Positions 42,762 through 51,984 of a stretch of 64,000 nucleotides of DNA are shown here, one piece after another (within the stretch, counting starts at the first letter, position 1; every line of letters starts with the position of its first letter). The stretch is from assembly GCA_947588815.1 (NCBI GenBank), contig CANQAG010000001.1:65038-129037 (forward strand). Reading direction: 5' to 3'. Origin of the DNA: an uncultured Bacilli bacterium (GTDB lineage: Bacteria > Bacillota_I > Bacilli_A > RFN20 > CAG-449). A model generated the notes under the pieces. That model was given only the letters and a program-made list of their open reading frames with translations. It made no database searches and was not told the origin of the DNA. The translations under genes and the position numbers were made by a program.

Positions 42762-43814
42762 ATGGAAGAAAATCAAAACAATGAAGAAGTAATACAACAA
42801 GAACAAAAAGAAGATATAAAAGAACAAGCGACAAATGAAGATGTGGTTGCCCAAGAAGAAAAAATTGAAGAACCTAAAGATACCTTATTGGATTTAAGCG
42901 ATAAAGATTTAACCGCTTTAGTTGAGGAGGCACGTTTAAAATTTTTTGATACTTATAAAAAGCAAAAAAGAATTAATTTAATTGTGATGATCGCTTTTGT
43001 TGCCGTATTAATTTTATTCATGGTGCTTTTCGGAACAAATCCCAACATGTTTACTTACTTTCTCATTTTTGTCATTATATATTTCGCTTTCATGTGGCTT
43101 TATTCAAAAAAATCAAAAGCAAAGCTAAATGATTCTATTGATGAATATATTACAACCTATGGTAGATTAGTCGATAGTTACGTATTTACCGATCAAAGTT
43201 TTACAGATATGAAAATTTTCTATCATGAGCAGTTTGATCTTGAAAGAATAAAAAAATCACGCGTTGTCAAAGACATCAACCATGTCGGCTCCCGTGATAT
43301 GATTAAAGGAAACTTTAACGACGATCCTTTTACAGTCGGCGATTTGTTAATCAACATTAAAATTCAAAACGAGAAAAAACCAAAACCGGTTTTTATCGGA
43401 AAATACTTTGAATTTACATATTTGCAATTAGTCGAAGAAGGCCGAACAATCGTTTATCTTAAAGGCAATGAATTAAGCGTCGGACCCAGCGATATCGCAG
43501 ATCTTACCGAAGTAAAAATCGAAGGACTCAAAGATGCTTATACCGTTTATTCCTCTGAAGATAAACCTAAAGCTCATTTTTCTAAAGCGGTTATTGAAGC
43601 CTTGAACAAATTTGAAACCAACGATACTCTTATCGATATGTTTCTTTCTTTCACTGAAACACAAACTTCACTAGGTTTATCATACGCCGACAATGTGATG
43701 GTTATACCTTTAATGGATCCTTTTAAAATCGAACCGATAAATCAATATCAAAGCGATGTTTTAAAAGTTGTAGATTTGATGAAAGCGTTGAACAAATTAA
43801 AAAACAAAAAGTAA
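42762..43814 (+). CDS. hypothetical membrane protein with acidic N-terminal region and two TM helices
   Basis: ORF and hydrophobicity only. Confidence 0.5.
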   Translation: MEENQNNEEVIQQEQKEDIKEQATNEDVVAQEEKIEEPKDTLLDLSDKDLTALVEEARLKFFDTYKKQKRINLIVMIAFVAVLILFMVLFGTNPNMFTYFLIFVIIYFAFMWLYSKKSKAKLNDSIDEYITTYGRLVDSYVFTDQSFTDMKIFYHEQFDLERIKKSRVVKDINHVGSRDMIKGNFNDDPFTVGDLLINIKIQNEKKPKPVFIGKYFEFTYLQLVEEGRTIVYLKGNELSVGPSDIADLTEVKIEGLKDAYTVYSSEDKPKAHFSKAVIEALNKFETNDTLIDMFLSFTETQTSLGLSYADNVMVIPLMDPFKIEPINQYQSDVLKVVDLMKALNKLKNKK

Positions 43815-43887
43815 CACTTTTTATATTTCATGCTAAAATTTGAAGAATTGTTTTAATAAACTTACCTTAATAATCAAATTTTTATGT

Positions 43888-43913
43888 AAAAAAAACTTGC
43901 TATTATGCAAGTT
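43888..43913 (-). terminator. rho-independent terminator (bidirectional context) ending the thiT-containing minus-strand unit
   Basis: Stem AACTTGC / GCAAGTT with a 6-nt loop. On the minus strand it is followed by a U8 tract. Lies between the convergent genes 42762..43814 and 43943..44368. Confidence 0.5.
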
Positions 43914-43942
43914 CTTAAGCGTTTTAATTAATTTTAAATCTA

Positions 43943-44368
43943 CTAATTATCGCTTTTTTTACGATTTTCTAAATAATTAAAAATAAAATAGCAAAGAATT
44001 CCAAGTCCGACGATTCCTACAAAAAAATAATTCAAATAATCGACAAACAATTTTCCTTTATTTAATTGTTTGAAAAGATATCCTAAAAAATATAAAGTTA
44101 AAACACTTGAAATCAACAGTCCGGAATAAATTGGTATAAGTTTATTTTCTTTTTTATTTTTTAATGCTACTAATTGTAAAATACCGCAAACAGCAAGCAC
44201 TATTGAAATTAGCATCGCGACGATATAATCAGAATTAAAGGAAATATCTACAATATATTCGTCTGCATAATATTCAAAACTTAAAATGTATTTTACTAAG
44301 CTAAAAATAAAAGATACAACACCAATAAAGATCAAACTCAGATATTTAAGCAATTTGTTGTTCATCAT
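43943..44368 (-). CDS. hypothetical integral membrane protein (141 aa, 4 TM)
   Basis: Start at 44368 (MMNNKLLKY...), AAGGAGA 6 nt upstream. The 44386 start in the ORF track reads through the RBS. Immediately downstream of thiT. Confidence 0.45.
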   Translation of the reverse strand: MMNNKLLKYLSLIFIGVVSFIFSLVKYILSFEYYADEYIVDISFNSDYIVAMLISIVLAVCGILQLVALKNKKENKLIPIYSGLLISSVLTLYFLGYLFKQLNKGKLFVDYLNYFFVGIVGLGILCYFIFNYLENRKKSDN

Positions 44369-44978
44369 TATTTTCTCCTTCTTCACAACTCAATAATCTC
44401 GGTTGTTTGATTGAAATCAAACATATTATCACAGCGTTGATAATAATATTTGGAAGCATATACATACCATTATAGACAATGCTAAACATTACCGGTCCCC
44501 CAAAATATCCTTCCGGACAAGAGCTAGCCCAGAAAATTATACCAGATAAAAAGTGTGATAAGAATTTAAAAAAGCCACCTAAGCTAGTCCCAAAGACTAA
44601 GGCCAAAATCCGTTGCTTATCGGTTGTCGCTTGATGATAGGATTTTGTAAATAAAGCACAGGCGCAAACCATAGGATATGCAATTATATAATCTAATATA
44701 ATTTGGCAAAAGACTTTATACCAAGTATCAGCGATTGCAGGATTAATAGTAGTGCCGCCTAACATTTGTAAAAAACTTACCGCAATCGCAGCTAATAAGC
44801 CCGGAACGAATCCTCTTCGATACGTAAGGACCAATATCGGAAGCATCGCGATACCGATTGATCCTCCATTAGCAAAGATGCCTCTAAAGATACCTCCTTG
44901 GAAAACATCCAGTACAAAAGCTAACGTAGCCATAAAAGCGGCTTCAGTCAAAACTTTTGTGGTAATTTTTGTTTTCAT
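44346..44978 (-). CDS. thiT: ECF-transporter S component, thiamine-specific ThiT-like
   Basis: Six-TM small protein with a GGSISLAMLPILL-like region (GGSIGIAMLPILVLTYRRG). Preceded by a TPP riboswitch. Confidence 0.65.
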   Translation of the reverse strand: MKTKITTKVLTEAAFMATLAFVLDVFQGGIFRGIFANGGSIGIAMLPILVLTYRRGFVPGLLAAIAVSFLQMLGGTTINPAIADTWYKVFCQIILDYIIAYPMVCACALFTKSYHQATTDKQRILALVFGTSLGGFFKFLSHFLSGIIFWASSCPEGYFGGPVMFSIVYNGMYMLPNIIINAVIICLISIKQPRLLSCEEGENNDEQQIA

Positions 44979-44998
44979 TTTCTTTCTTCCTTTCTAAT

Positions 44999-45130
44999 AA
45001 AAAAATCCTTCATAGGCATGCTATAAAGGAAGTGAAAACAAAAAATTCCTTACGCTAGCATTACCTAGTTCAAGTACGGTCTACCTCGGTATCAGAGGTA
45101 CTCTCAGCCTAATTCCTTAAGCTCCCAAAA
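44999..45130 (-). promoter_or_regulatory. TPP (THI-box) riboswitch with intrinsic-terminator expression platform, leader of thiT
   Basis: Minus-strand RNA contains GGCUGAGAG ... ACCGUACUUGAACCUAGGUAAUGCUAGCGUAAGGAA, matching the THI-box core (CUGAGA ... UGAACCUGAUCUGGAUAAUGCCAGCGUAGGGAA). A P3 hairpin GCUUAA-ggaa-UUAGGC and P4 CUAG-guaaug-CUAG are present. Downstream are a 9-bp hairpin (CCUUUAUAG/CUAUGAAGG) plus U7 at 44999-45030, then RBS GAAAGGAAG. Confidence 0.7.
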
Positions 45131-45212
45131 GTAATATACCTCAATTACATAAAATTGTAAATAATTTATCTCTTGTTGCATACATTTAAATAGTGACAAG
45201 GAGATTTTAATT

Positions 45213-45668
45213 ATGGATAGAATTCAACCACCACCTAATTATTATGGAGCCCCGTATCCTTCAAGTGGCGATCAAGGTTATCGTCCGCCATTTCAAGAGA
45301 TGTATCCACCTCAAGGAAGTCAAGCCACTTATCCGCGAGCTGACAATAACGGAAACAATAATTCCGGATGGAACAACAACAATGGTATGAATAATAATAG
45401 TATGGGTGGTAACTCTGATACTGCCAATAACAATAATGGTTATTCATTCAATACCGATATTTCCCATCCTTTCTTTGGACGAAACATTAAAGTTTATTGT
45501 TCGTTTCCCGATTCCGGAAAATGGCATGATGTCGTCTTTGAAGGAGTAATGGTCGAACAATCAAACGACCATATCGTCATTGAAGATCGAAATTCTGGCA
45601 AATCTTATCTCATCGTAGCTGTCTATGTCAATTATCTTGAATTAGACGGAGTAATGAATAGGCGATAA
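45213..45668 (+). CDS. GerQ-like protein (spore-coat protein GerQ/YwdL C-terminal domain) with N/G/Y/P-rich low-complexity N-terminus
   Basis: C-terminal GRNIKVYCSFPDSGKWHDVVFEGVMVEQSNDHIVIEDRNSGKSYLIVAVYVNYLELD aligns with the Bacillus GerQ C-terminus (...YMTFENNSEWNAKIFKGVIEAAGRDHIIISDPQTGKRYLLLMVNLDYITFDE). The N-terminal 80 aa are Q/N/G/Y-rich. RBS AAGGAGA. Confidence 0.55.
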   Translation: MDRIQPPPNYYGAPYPSSGDQGYRPPFQEMYPPQGSQATYPRADNNGNNNSGWNNNNGMNNNSMGGNSDTANNNNGYSFNTDISHPFFGRNIKVYCSFPDSGKWHDVVFEGVMVEQSNDHIVIEDRNSGKSYLIVAVYVNYLELDGVMNRR

Positions 45669-45676
45669 AATATAAT

Positions 45677-45721
45677 AAAAACGGCTTAATATGATTTCAA
45701 TCATAACTAAGTCGTTTTTTT
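45677..45721. terminator. bidirectional rho-independent terminator between the GerQ-like gene (+) and ung (-)
   Basis: Nested hairpin CGGCTTAA-TATGAT-ttca-ATCATA-ACTAAGTCG, flanked by A5 on the 5' side and T8 on the 3' side. Confidence 0.45.
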
Positions 45722-45722
45722 A

Positions 45723-46376
45723 TTAATGATTAATCCAATTAATCGGTTCTAACCCATTTTTAACTAGAAACTCATTGCATTTTATAAAGTGCTGATTTCC
45801 GAAGAAACCTCTAGAAGCCGATAATGGAGAGGGGTGTGGCGAGGTTAAAATCAAATGATGGGGATTAGTAATTAACTCTCTTTTTGAAATCGCCTTTGAA
45901 CCCCAAAGTAAGAAAACCTTCGGGCTATCATCTTCGTTTAATTTACTTATTAAAGTGTCAGTTAAAATTTCATAACCTCGATTTTGATGTGATAATGGCT
46001 GATTCATTCTTACCGAAAGAATGGTGTTAAGCAATAAAACACCCTGCTTTGCTAAATATGTAAGATCACCGGAACGAATCATCGTTTTTCCATATTCATT
46101 TTCGATCTCTTTAAAAATATTTAAAAGGCTCGGTGGCAAATCGATACCATTAGGAACAGAAAACGCTAATCCCATTGCTTGTTCGGGATTATGATATGGA
46201 TCTTGCCCCAATATAATCACTTTCACAGAAGAAAAGGGCGTTAAAGATAACGCCCGATAAATTTTCTGCTTTGGAGGAAAGACTCGATAATGTTCGTACT
46301 CATTATCAACGAACTCTTTTAATTTCAAGTAATATGGTTTAACCCGTTCTTGATTTAAAATTTCTTTCCAATCCAT
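45723..46376 (-). CDS. ung: uracil-DNA glycosylase
   Basis: 217 aa. GQDPYH water-activating motif and HPSPLS leucine-loop motif. Confidence 0.9.
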   Translation of the reverse strand: MDWKEILNQERVKPYYLKLKEFVDNEYEHYRVFPPKQKIYRALSLTPFSSVKVIILGQDPYHNPEQAMGLAFSVPNGIDLPPSLLNIFKEIENEYGKTMIRSGDLTYLAKQGVLLLNTILSVRMNQPLSHQNRGYEILTDTLISKLNEDDSPKVFLLWGSKAISKRELITNPHHLILTSPHPSPLSASRGFFGNQHFIKCNEFLVKNGLEPINWINH

Positions 46377-46378
46377 AA

Positions 46379-48433
46379 TTACTTCTTTTTAGCATCGATC
46401 GGTTTAATCGGCTTTTTTAATTCCTTTTTTTGTGGCTTCAAAGGTTTTATTGGCTTAACAACTTCGGGTTTCGGTGCTTCGGTTTTTTTAGCTACTTCAA
46501 TAGGTTTTACCGGTTGAATAGGTTTTACCGCTTTCTTTTCTTCGCCTTTCTTTTCAAGAATATGATTATTGTCTTCATCGTGTCTTACAATAACCGGATT
46601 AATCATTTTCTTATGTGCATTTTCGAAAGGTTTCTCTTCTTTGTAACCTTCCGGTTTACTGACTACCGGAATCTTTTCAGAAGAGATCTTTTTAACCGGT
46701 GTAAGACTCATTGGACGAATAACCGATGCCACTCTGGTGGTTCCCGTATTGAAAGCTTCAGTCGGAGTTAAGTTACCGCCTACTTTAGTGTTAGAAGAAA
46801 CATATTTTTTAAGTTCGAGGTGTTTCCGTTTTTCAAGATCGATCGGTTTAATATTCTTTTTGTTTTGTCCGCTCGGTTTAAAGTGAATCGGTTTTGCAAA
46901 CTCTTTTTCTTCCTGTTGCGTTTCTTGCTTCTCTCCACGAACAACCGCAATCGGTTTGATATTGGGACGTGGAGTTGGCTTTTCTTCTACAACTTCTTCC
47001 GGTTCTTCGACAGGTTCTTCTTCAACGATTGGTTCAACAACTTTAGGTTCTTCTTTAACTTGAACTTTTTCAACGACCGGTTTATTTTCTTCTTTAGGTT
47101 CTTCAACCGGCGTATAAACGAATTCTTTGATTACTATTGCTTCTGGTTCTCTTTCTTCCTCTTCTTCATAAACTTTTAAGACTTTAGAATCACCAAGTTC
47201 GGCAATAGCATTTACATCCACATATTCAGCTTGATATTTTTCAAAGAACGGATCTTCTTCAAGTTCAACTTCATTTTCAATTTCTTCATCTTCAGGAACT
47301 TCAATAACCGGTTCTTTATCAAGCACGATGTCGATTTCTTTTTCATCGACAAAAGTAACTTCTCGCTCAACAACCGGAGCCTTATTTTCAGTTTCACCGA
47401 CATTGCCACTAACGCCAAGATCAATTACACCTTCAGAAAGATCATCTATATAATCGGCGTGTTTTAAGACATCTTGTGTCAATTCTTCACTTTCAGTGCG
47501 ATGAATAGCCGCGATACTTCTAATCGAATCATCCGTTGGTTTATTAAGTGAATCACTAACCTCAGTTCCTTCATAACCAAGGAAATCGGAGCTCTTCTTT
47601 GAAATTTGAGAGGCATTATCAAACAAAGCTTGATTTTCCGATTTTTCCATCTTTTTAATGTATTTTTCTTCCGCTTTACGCGCTCTTCTTTTCGCAGCGC
47701 TTTTACGGAAAGGTAATCCCAATAGAGTAAACAATAAGAACCATACAACTAATACTAAGATAACTGCGACGGCAAAGACAACATATTCAACCCACAATAA
47801 ATCTTGAGGGATATATTTATTGGCTAGAGCAATCCATCCATAAGATTTGGTTACAACACCATAAAAACGTCCATCTAATCCGATTTTAAAATTATCCGTG
47901 AAAGGCTTTAAATAATCAGACCAAATTGTAAAAAGACCTTGATTATTAGAATTATATTTGGCACAAACCGTCGTATCGAATCGCACTAAAAAATAGAAAG
48001 CTAACACTGCTAATGGAATTAGCATCGAAAGCACGCGCTTTGTAGGGAAATGACGTAAATACATTTTACTATCAAAACGAGCTTTTTCTTCTTCTGTTAA
48101 TTCGTAAGGATGCTTCATTAATTTTTTGCGACGTCTAATTTTCGCTTTTTTAATCGCCAAACCAATCAAACCAAATACTAGATACCAAACGATTGTTTCA
48201 ATCACGAAGCATACCGCACAAGATAATACGGTAACATATTTCGATGGGATACCTAAATCGGCAAAATGTAACATCGATCCGACGTCTTTATAAAATTTAC
48301 ATAATTCTCTTGCGGCGTCACTGATAAATGACATATTTTCCGCAAAATATGTTCTAGCCGGTGGATAAATATATACTACCGCCAAGAATAATTGAACCAA
48401 TGTAATTAAAACGTAAACTAAAGTTTTTTTCAT
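46379..48433 (-). CDS. large membrane protein (684 aa): N-terminal multi-TM domain plus long charged K/E/P-rich repetitive tail with reiterated KPI/KPV motifs
   Basis: TM helices in residues 1-250. The tail has stretches such as EEPVEEPEEVVEEKPTPRPNIKPIAVV, KPIQPVKPIEVAKK, KPIKPLKPQKKELKKPIKPIDAKKK. The DNA shows imperfect short tandem repeats at 46380-47200. The gene ends 2 nt before the ung start. Confidence 0.6.
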   Translation of the reverse strand: MKKTLVYVLITLVQLFLAVVYIYPPARTYFAENMSFISDAARELCKFYKDVGSMLHFADLGIPSKYVTVLSCAVCFVIETIVWYLVFGLIGLAIKKAKIRRRKKLMKHPYELTEEEKARFDSKMYLRHFPTKRVLSMLIPLAVLAFYFLVRFDTTVCAKYNSNNQGLFTIWSDYLKPFTDNFKIGLDGRFYGVVTKSYGWIALANKYIPQDLLWVEYVVFAVAVILVLVVWFLLFTLLGLPFRKSAAKRRARKAEEKYIKKMEKSENQALFDNASQISKKSSDFLGYEGTEVSDSLNKPTDDSIRSIAAIHRTESEELTQDVLKHADYIDDLSEGVIDLGVSGNVGETENKAPVVEREVTFVDEKEIDIVLDKEPVIEVPEDEEIENEVELEEDPFFEKYQAEYVDVNAIAELGDSKVLKVYEEEEEREPEAIVIKEFVYTPVEEPKEENKPVVEKVQVKEEPKVVEPIVEEEPVEEPEEVVEEKPTPRPNIKPIAVVRGEKQETQQEEKEFAKPIHFKPSGQNKKNIKPIDLEKRKHLELKKYVSSNTKVGGNLTPTEAFNTGTTRVASVIRPMSLTPVKKISSEKIPVVSKPEGYKEEKPFENAHKKMINPVIVRHDEDNNHILEKKGEEKKAVKPIQPVKPIEVAKKTEAPKPEVVKPIKPLKPQKKELKKPIKPIDAKKK

Positions 48434-48606
48434 AACAAAGTACCTCTCAATTTTTGTTTAATTGTATTATAGCATAAGTATATTTATATATACAACTCTA
48501 GATTTTTGCTTTAGTCACAACTTGCATTAAAAAAATAAAGTTTCTCATATAAAAAAGCTCTAAAGATAAATTATTTTTTCTTACAATAGTTTTTAAAAAA
48601 ATTTTT

Positions 48607-48762
48607 TTATTTTTTTATTTTCTGCTCATCTATCATAATACCCCTATTACAATTTTCATAATGATGACAACGACTACACTTTGTATCATTTTTAGCAGAA
48701 AAAAGCGCTCCTCCAATTCCGAATATCAATAAAATAATTATAAATAGTTCTTTTAAATTCAT
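48607..48762 (-). CDS. FeoB-associated Cys-rich small membrane protein
   Basis: MNLKELFIIILLIFGIGGALFSAKNDTKCSRCHHYENCN: TM helix plus a CxxC..C cluster. Begins at the feoB stop. Confidence 0.55.
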   Translation of the reverse strand: MNLKELFIIILLIFGIGGALFSAKNDTKCSRCHHYENCNRGIMIDEQKIKK

Positions 48763-50738
48763 ATAAAAAGTCCCCCTATCACATAAAATAAAAATGCGCA
48801 TAACCAAGCGATAGATGTTTGGAGAATCATATGTAAAACAGCGTCGAAAGTCGAATGTAATTCTCTTTTAATCGCCGCAAAAGCGGCAATGCAAGGCATA
48901 TACAACAAAATAAAAATAAGCAAAGACATTATTTCTAAAGATCCTAACAGCTGATGAATATTGCTTATTGATCCTAAAAGAATTTGAAGAGTAGATAGAA
49001 CCGTTTCTTTGGCCATCAATCCGGTTATTAAAGATGCAATAATTTCCCATTGATTAAAACCCAATGGTTTAAATAACGGCGATATCAATCTAGCCATCAT
49101 TGCCATCAAAGAAACACTGCTATCAGTAACATAATTTAACTGTAAATCGAAACTTTGCAAAAACCAAACAACAATCGTCGATAGAAAAATAATCGAAAAT
49201 GCTTTCTTTAGAAAATCTTTACACCTTTCTTTCATCAACATTCCCGTACTTTTCAAACTTGGAAATCGATAAGATGGTAATTCCAAAACAAACGGAGGTG
49301 GCACACTTTTAAATAGAACTTTAACGATTAAAGAAAATATCAATGCTACGATAATACCCATACCATAAAGAAACATCATCACAAATGGGGCCTTATTTCC
49401 AAAAAATGCCGCGGTCAACACCGCATAAATCGGAAGTTTTGCAGAGCATGACATAAACGGCACTAAAAAAATTGTCATTCTCCGCTCCCTATCACTATTA
49501 AACGTTCTAGTGGCCATTACCGCGGGAACCGAGCAACCAAACCCTAATAATAATGGTACAAATGACTTACCGGATAATCCGAAAAATCGCATCGGTTTAT
49601 CGACGATAAACGCGATTCGAGCCATATATCCTGAATCTTCTAGCAACGATAAAAAAAGAAAAAGGACCAAAATTGTCGGAATAAAAGTCAATACACTTCC
49701 AATTCCATTCAACACTCCATCGATTACTAAAGATCTTAAAACTACATTAACATCATAAAAAAAGGTTACATCGATAAAAGAAATGAAAGAGGCGATTATT
49801 TGTTCAAATATCGTTGAAAAAGTATTGCCAATAACTCCGAAACTTAAATAAAAAACCGAGCCGAGTATTAAAAATAATATCGGAAAAGCTAAATATCGAT
49901 TGGTAAGGAAACGATCGATTGTTCGAGAACGCTTTTGTTCTTCAGTTTCGAATGCCTCTCTTTTAAGGCAACTATCGATTATTTTTTCAATCACTTGATA
50001 TCTGAAATTCACAATTACCGCTTCACAATCCAAATTATAAGATTGTTCAATTCTAGGTTTTACTTTGTTGATGTTATCGATGGTTTCTTGTGCAATGCCA
50101 TACTTATCAGCAAGATCTAAATTGCCTTCTAAAATTTGAGTGGTTATAAATAAACGATTAATCTTTGATTCTTTATTATTAGTTACGATTAAATTTTCGC
50201 TTTCTACAATAAAAGGATATAATTTCGAATCACTAGAAAAATAACAAATCGGAAGATTTTGTTGCACGCTTTTAACTTGATCAACCAATTCTTTTAATCC
50301 TTCTTTTTTTAATGCCGAAATAGGAACTAGCGGAACTTTTAAAAATTTTTTTAATTGTGCTAAATTTAACGAAAGATGACTTTTTTCAAGTTCATCCATC
50401 ATATTCAAAGCCACAACCAAAGGAATACCTGTCTCTTGCAGTTGTAAAGTCAAATATAGATTTCTTTCAAGACTAGTCGCATCTACAATATTTAAAATCA
50501 CGTCCGGCTTTTCTTCAACAAGAAAATCCCTAGTAATAACTTCTTCTTTTGAATAAGGAGAAAGAGAATACACTCCCGGAAGATCGACTAACTCTAAATT
50601 TTTATCTTTATAAATATAGCCTACTTTTCTTTCTATGGTGACGCCTGGAAAGTTACCGACATGTTGATTAGAGCCGGTAAGTTGATTGAATAAAGTCGTT
50701 TTACCGCTGTTTTGATTACCGATTAAAGCGATTTTCAT
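48759..50738 (-). CDS. feoB: ferrous iron transport protein B
   Basis: 659 aa. N-terminal G-domain GNQNSGKTTLFN and a polytopic C-terminal permease domain. Confidence 0.9.
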   Translation of the reverse strand: MKIALIGNQNSGKTTLFNQLTGSNQHVGNFPGVTIERKVGYIYKDKNLELVDLPGVYSLSPYSKEEVITRDFLVEEKPDVILNIVDATSLERNLYLTLQLQETGIPLVVALNMMDELEKSHLSLNLAQLKKFLKVPLVPISALKKEGLKELVDQVKSVQQNLPICYFSSDSKLYPFIVESENLIVTNNKESKINRLFITTQILEGNLDLADKYGIAQETIDNINKVKPRIEQSYNLDCEAVIVNFRYQVIEKIIDSCLKREAFETEEQKRSRTIDRFLTNRYLAFPILFLILGSVFYLSFGVIGNTFSTIFEQIIASFISFIDVTFFYDVNVVLRSLVIDGVLNGIGSVLTFIPTILVLFLFLSLLEDSGYMARIAFIVDKPMRFFGLSGKSFVPLLLGFGCSVPAVMATRTFNSDRERRMTIFLVPFMSCSAKLPIYAVLTAAFFGNKAPFVMMFLYGMGIIVALIFSLIVKVLFKSVPPPFVLELPSYRFPSLKSTGMLMKERCKDFLKKAFSIIFLSTIVVWFLQSFDLQLNYVTDSSVSLMAMMARLISPLFKPLGFNQWEIIASLITGLMAKETVLSTLQILLGSISNIHQLLGSLEIMSLLIFILLYMPCIAAFAAIKRELHSTFDAVLHMILQTSIAWLCAFLFYVIGGLFI

Positions 50739-50964
50739 CTTTTATAGCCTCTATTAACACAAGTTTTGCGTCTTTTTTTAAGATGGAGATTTCATAACCG
50801 CGAATGCTCAATTCCAAAGGATCGCCAAATGGCGCTACTTTTTGTAAAGTTACTTTTGTTCTTGGAGTAAAGCCCAATTCTAAAAGACGATGACGGATAT
50901 ATCCAGAACCACATAATCTTACAATAATACCGCTTTGATGAGGTTTTAAATCTGCTATAGTCAT
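50716..50964 (-). CDS. feoA: ferrous iron transport protein A
   Basis: 82-aa SH3-like FeoA. Overlaps the feoB start. Confidence 0.8.
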   Translation of the reverse strand: MTIADLKPHQSGIIVRLCGSGYIRHRLLELGFTPRTKVTLQKVAPFGDPLELSIRGYEISILKKDAKLVLIEAIKDENRFNR

Positions 50965-51036
50965 AAAAAAAGCCCCATCACAATTTATGATTGGAGCTAC
51001 TTTTATTTGTACAGATTATTTAAAATCCAGTCAATA

Positions 51037-51984
51037 TTATAGTATTTTTTTATATTCTGATATTTCTTCATCTGAAGCTAACACAAAGTGATCTTTTTCA
51101 ATCTCAACAAGCGAAGGTTGATGTTCTTCATCGTAGTGATGACATGAACCATCATATACGATTACTTCTTTATTTTTTTCTAAGCGTGGATCGGGAATCG
51201 GGATGGCGGTAAGTAATGCCCTAGTATAAGGATGCAATGGCTTTTCAAACAAGCGCTTTGAAGAAGCAATTTCTACAATCTTACCATGATATATTACCGC
51301 GATACGATCGGAAATATATTTCACAACGCTTAGATCATGCGCGATGAAAAGCACCGTCATGTTTTTTTCTTGTTGAAATTTTCGAATCAGATTGAGTACT
51401 TGCGCTCTTACCGAAACATCTAACGCAGAAATCGGTTCATCGGCAATAATCAACTCCGGGTTCATAACGACCGCTCGAGCGATTCCGATTCTTTGACGTT
51501 GACCACCCGAAAATTCGTGAGGATAACGTGATAAGTGTTCCGGTCTTAAACCGACAGAGAGCATCATCTCCGTAATTTTATTAAGACGATCTTCTTCGTT
51601 TTCATACATATGGAAAGCTCTAAGACCTTCAGAAACAATATAATCGATATTGCTTCGATCATTTAATGAAGCTGAGGGATCTTGAAAGATCATTTGAACG
51701 CTCTTTTTTAATTCATGAGCTTCTTTGCGTGGAAGTTTGCCCGAGATTCTTTTGCCGTTCATCGTGATTTCACCACTATAAATCGGAATAATTCGATTAA
51801 TGGCACGTCCGATGGTTGTTTTTCCGGAACCGGATTCACCAACCAAACCTAGAACTTCTCCTTTGTAAATATCGAGATTTAATTTGTCGACGATAACCGA
51901 AAGACGATTGTGATTTTTATATCCGATTACCACGTCCTTCATAGAAACGAGCACTTCTTTATTTTCGTTTGCCATCGTCTTCAC
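51037..51984 (-). CDS. oppF: oligopeptide ABC transporter ATP-binding protein OppF
   Basis: Walker A GESGSGKTT, signature FSGGQRQR, Walker B IIADEPISALD. Confidence 0.9.
   Translation of the reverse strand: MKTMANENKEVLVSMKDVVIGYKNHNRLSVIVDKLNLDIYKGEVLGLVGESGSGKTTIGRAINRIIPIYSGEITMNGKRISGKLPRKEAHELKKSVQMIFQDPSASLNDRSNIDYIVSEGLRAFHMYENEEDRLNKITEMMLSVGLRPEHLSRYPHEFSGGQRQRIGIARAVVMNPELIIADEPISALDVSVRAQVLNLIRKFQQEKNMTVLFIAHDLSVVKYISDRIAVIYHGKIVEIASSKRLFEKPLHPYTRALLTAIPIPDPRLEKNKEVIVYDGSCHHYDEEHQPSLVEIEKDHFVLASDEEISEYKKIL

Noticed and set aside
43943-44386. The ORF-track start MKKEKIMMNNK at 44386
   Set aside because: The first six codons are the purine-rich Shine-Dalgarno sequence (GAAGGAGAAAATA) read as protein. 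The ATG at 44368, 6 nt after AAGGAGA, is the likely true start.
45051-45125. Considered that the GC-richer island at 45040-45130 might be a tRNA gene
   Set aside because: The sequence lacks a tRNA T-loop (GTTCRANYC) and acceptor or anticodon stem arrangement. Instead it matches the THI-box consensus almost exactly and is followed by a terminator hairpin and RBS, so it is a riboswitch.
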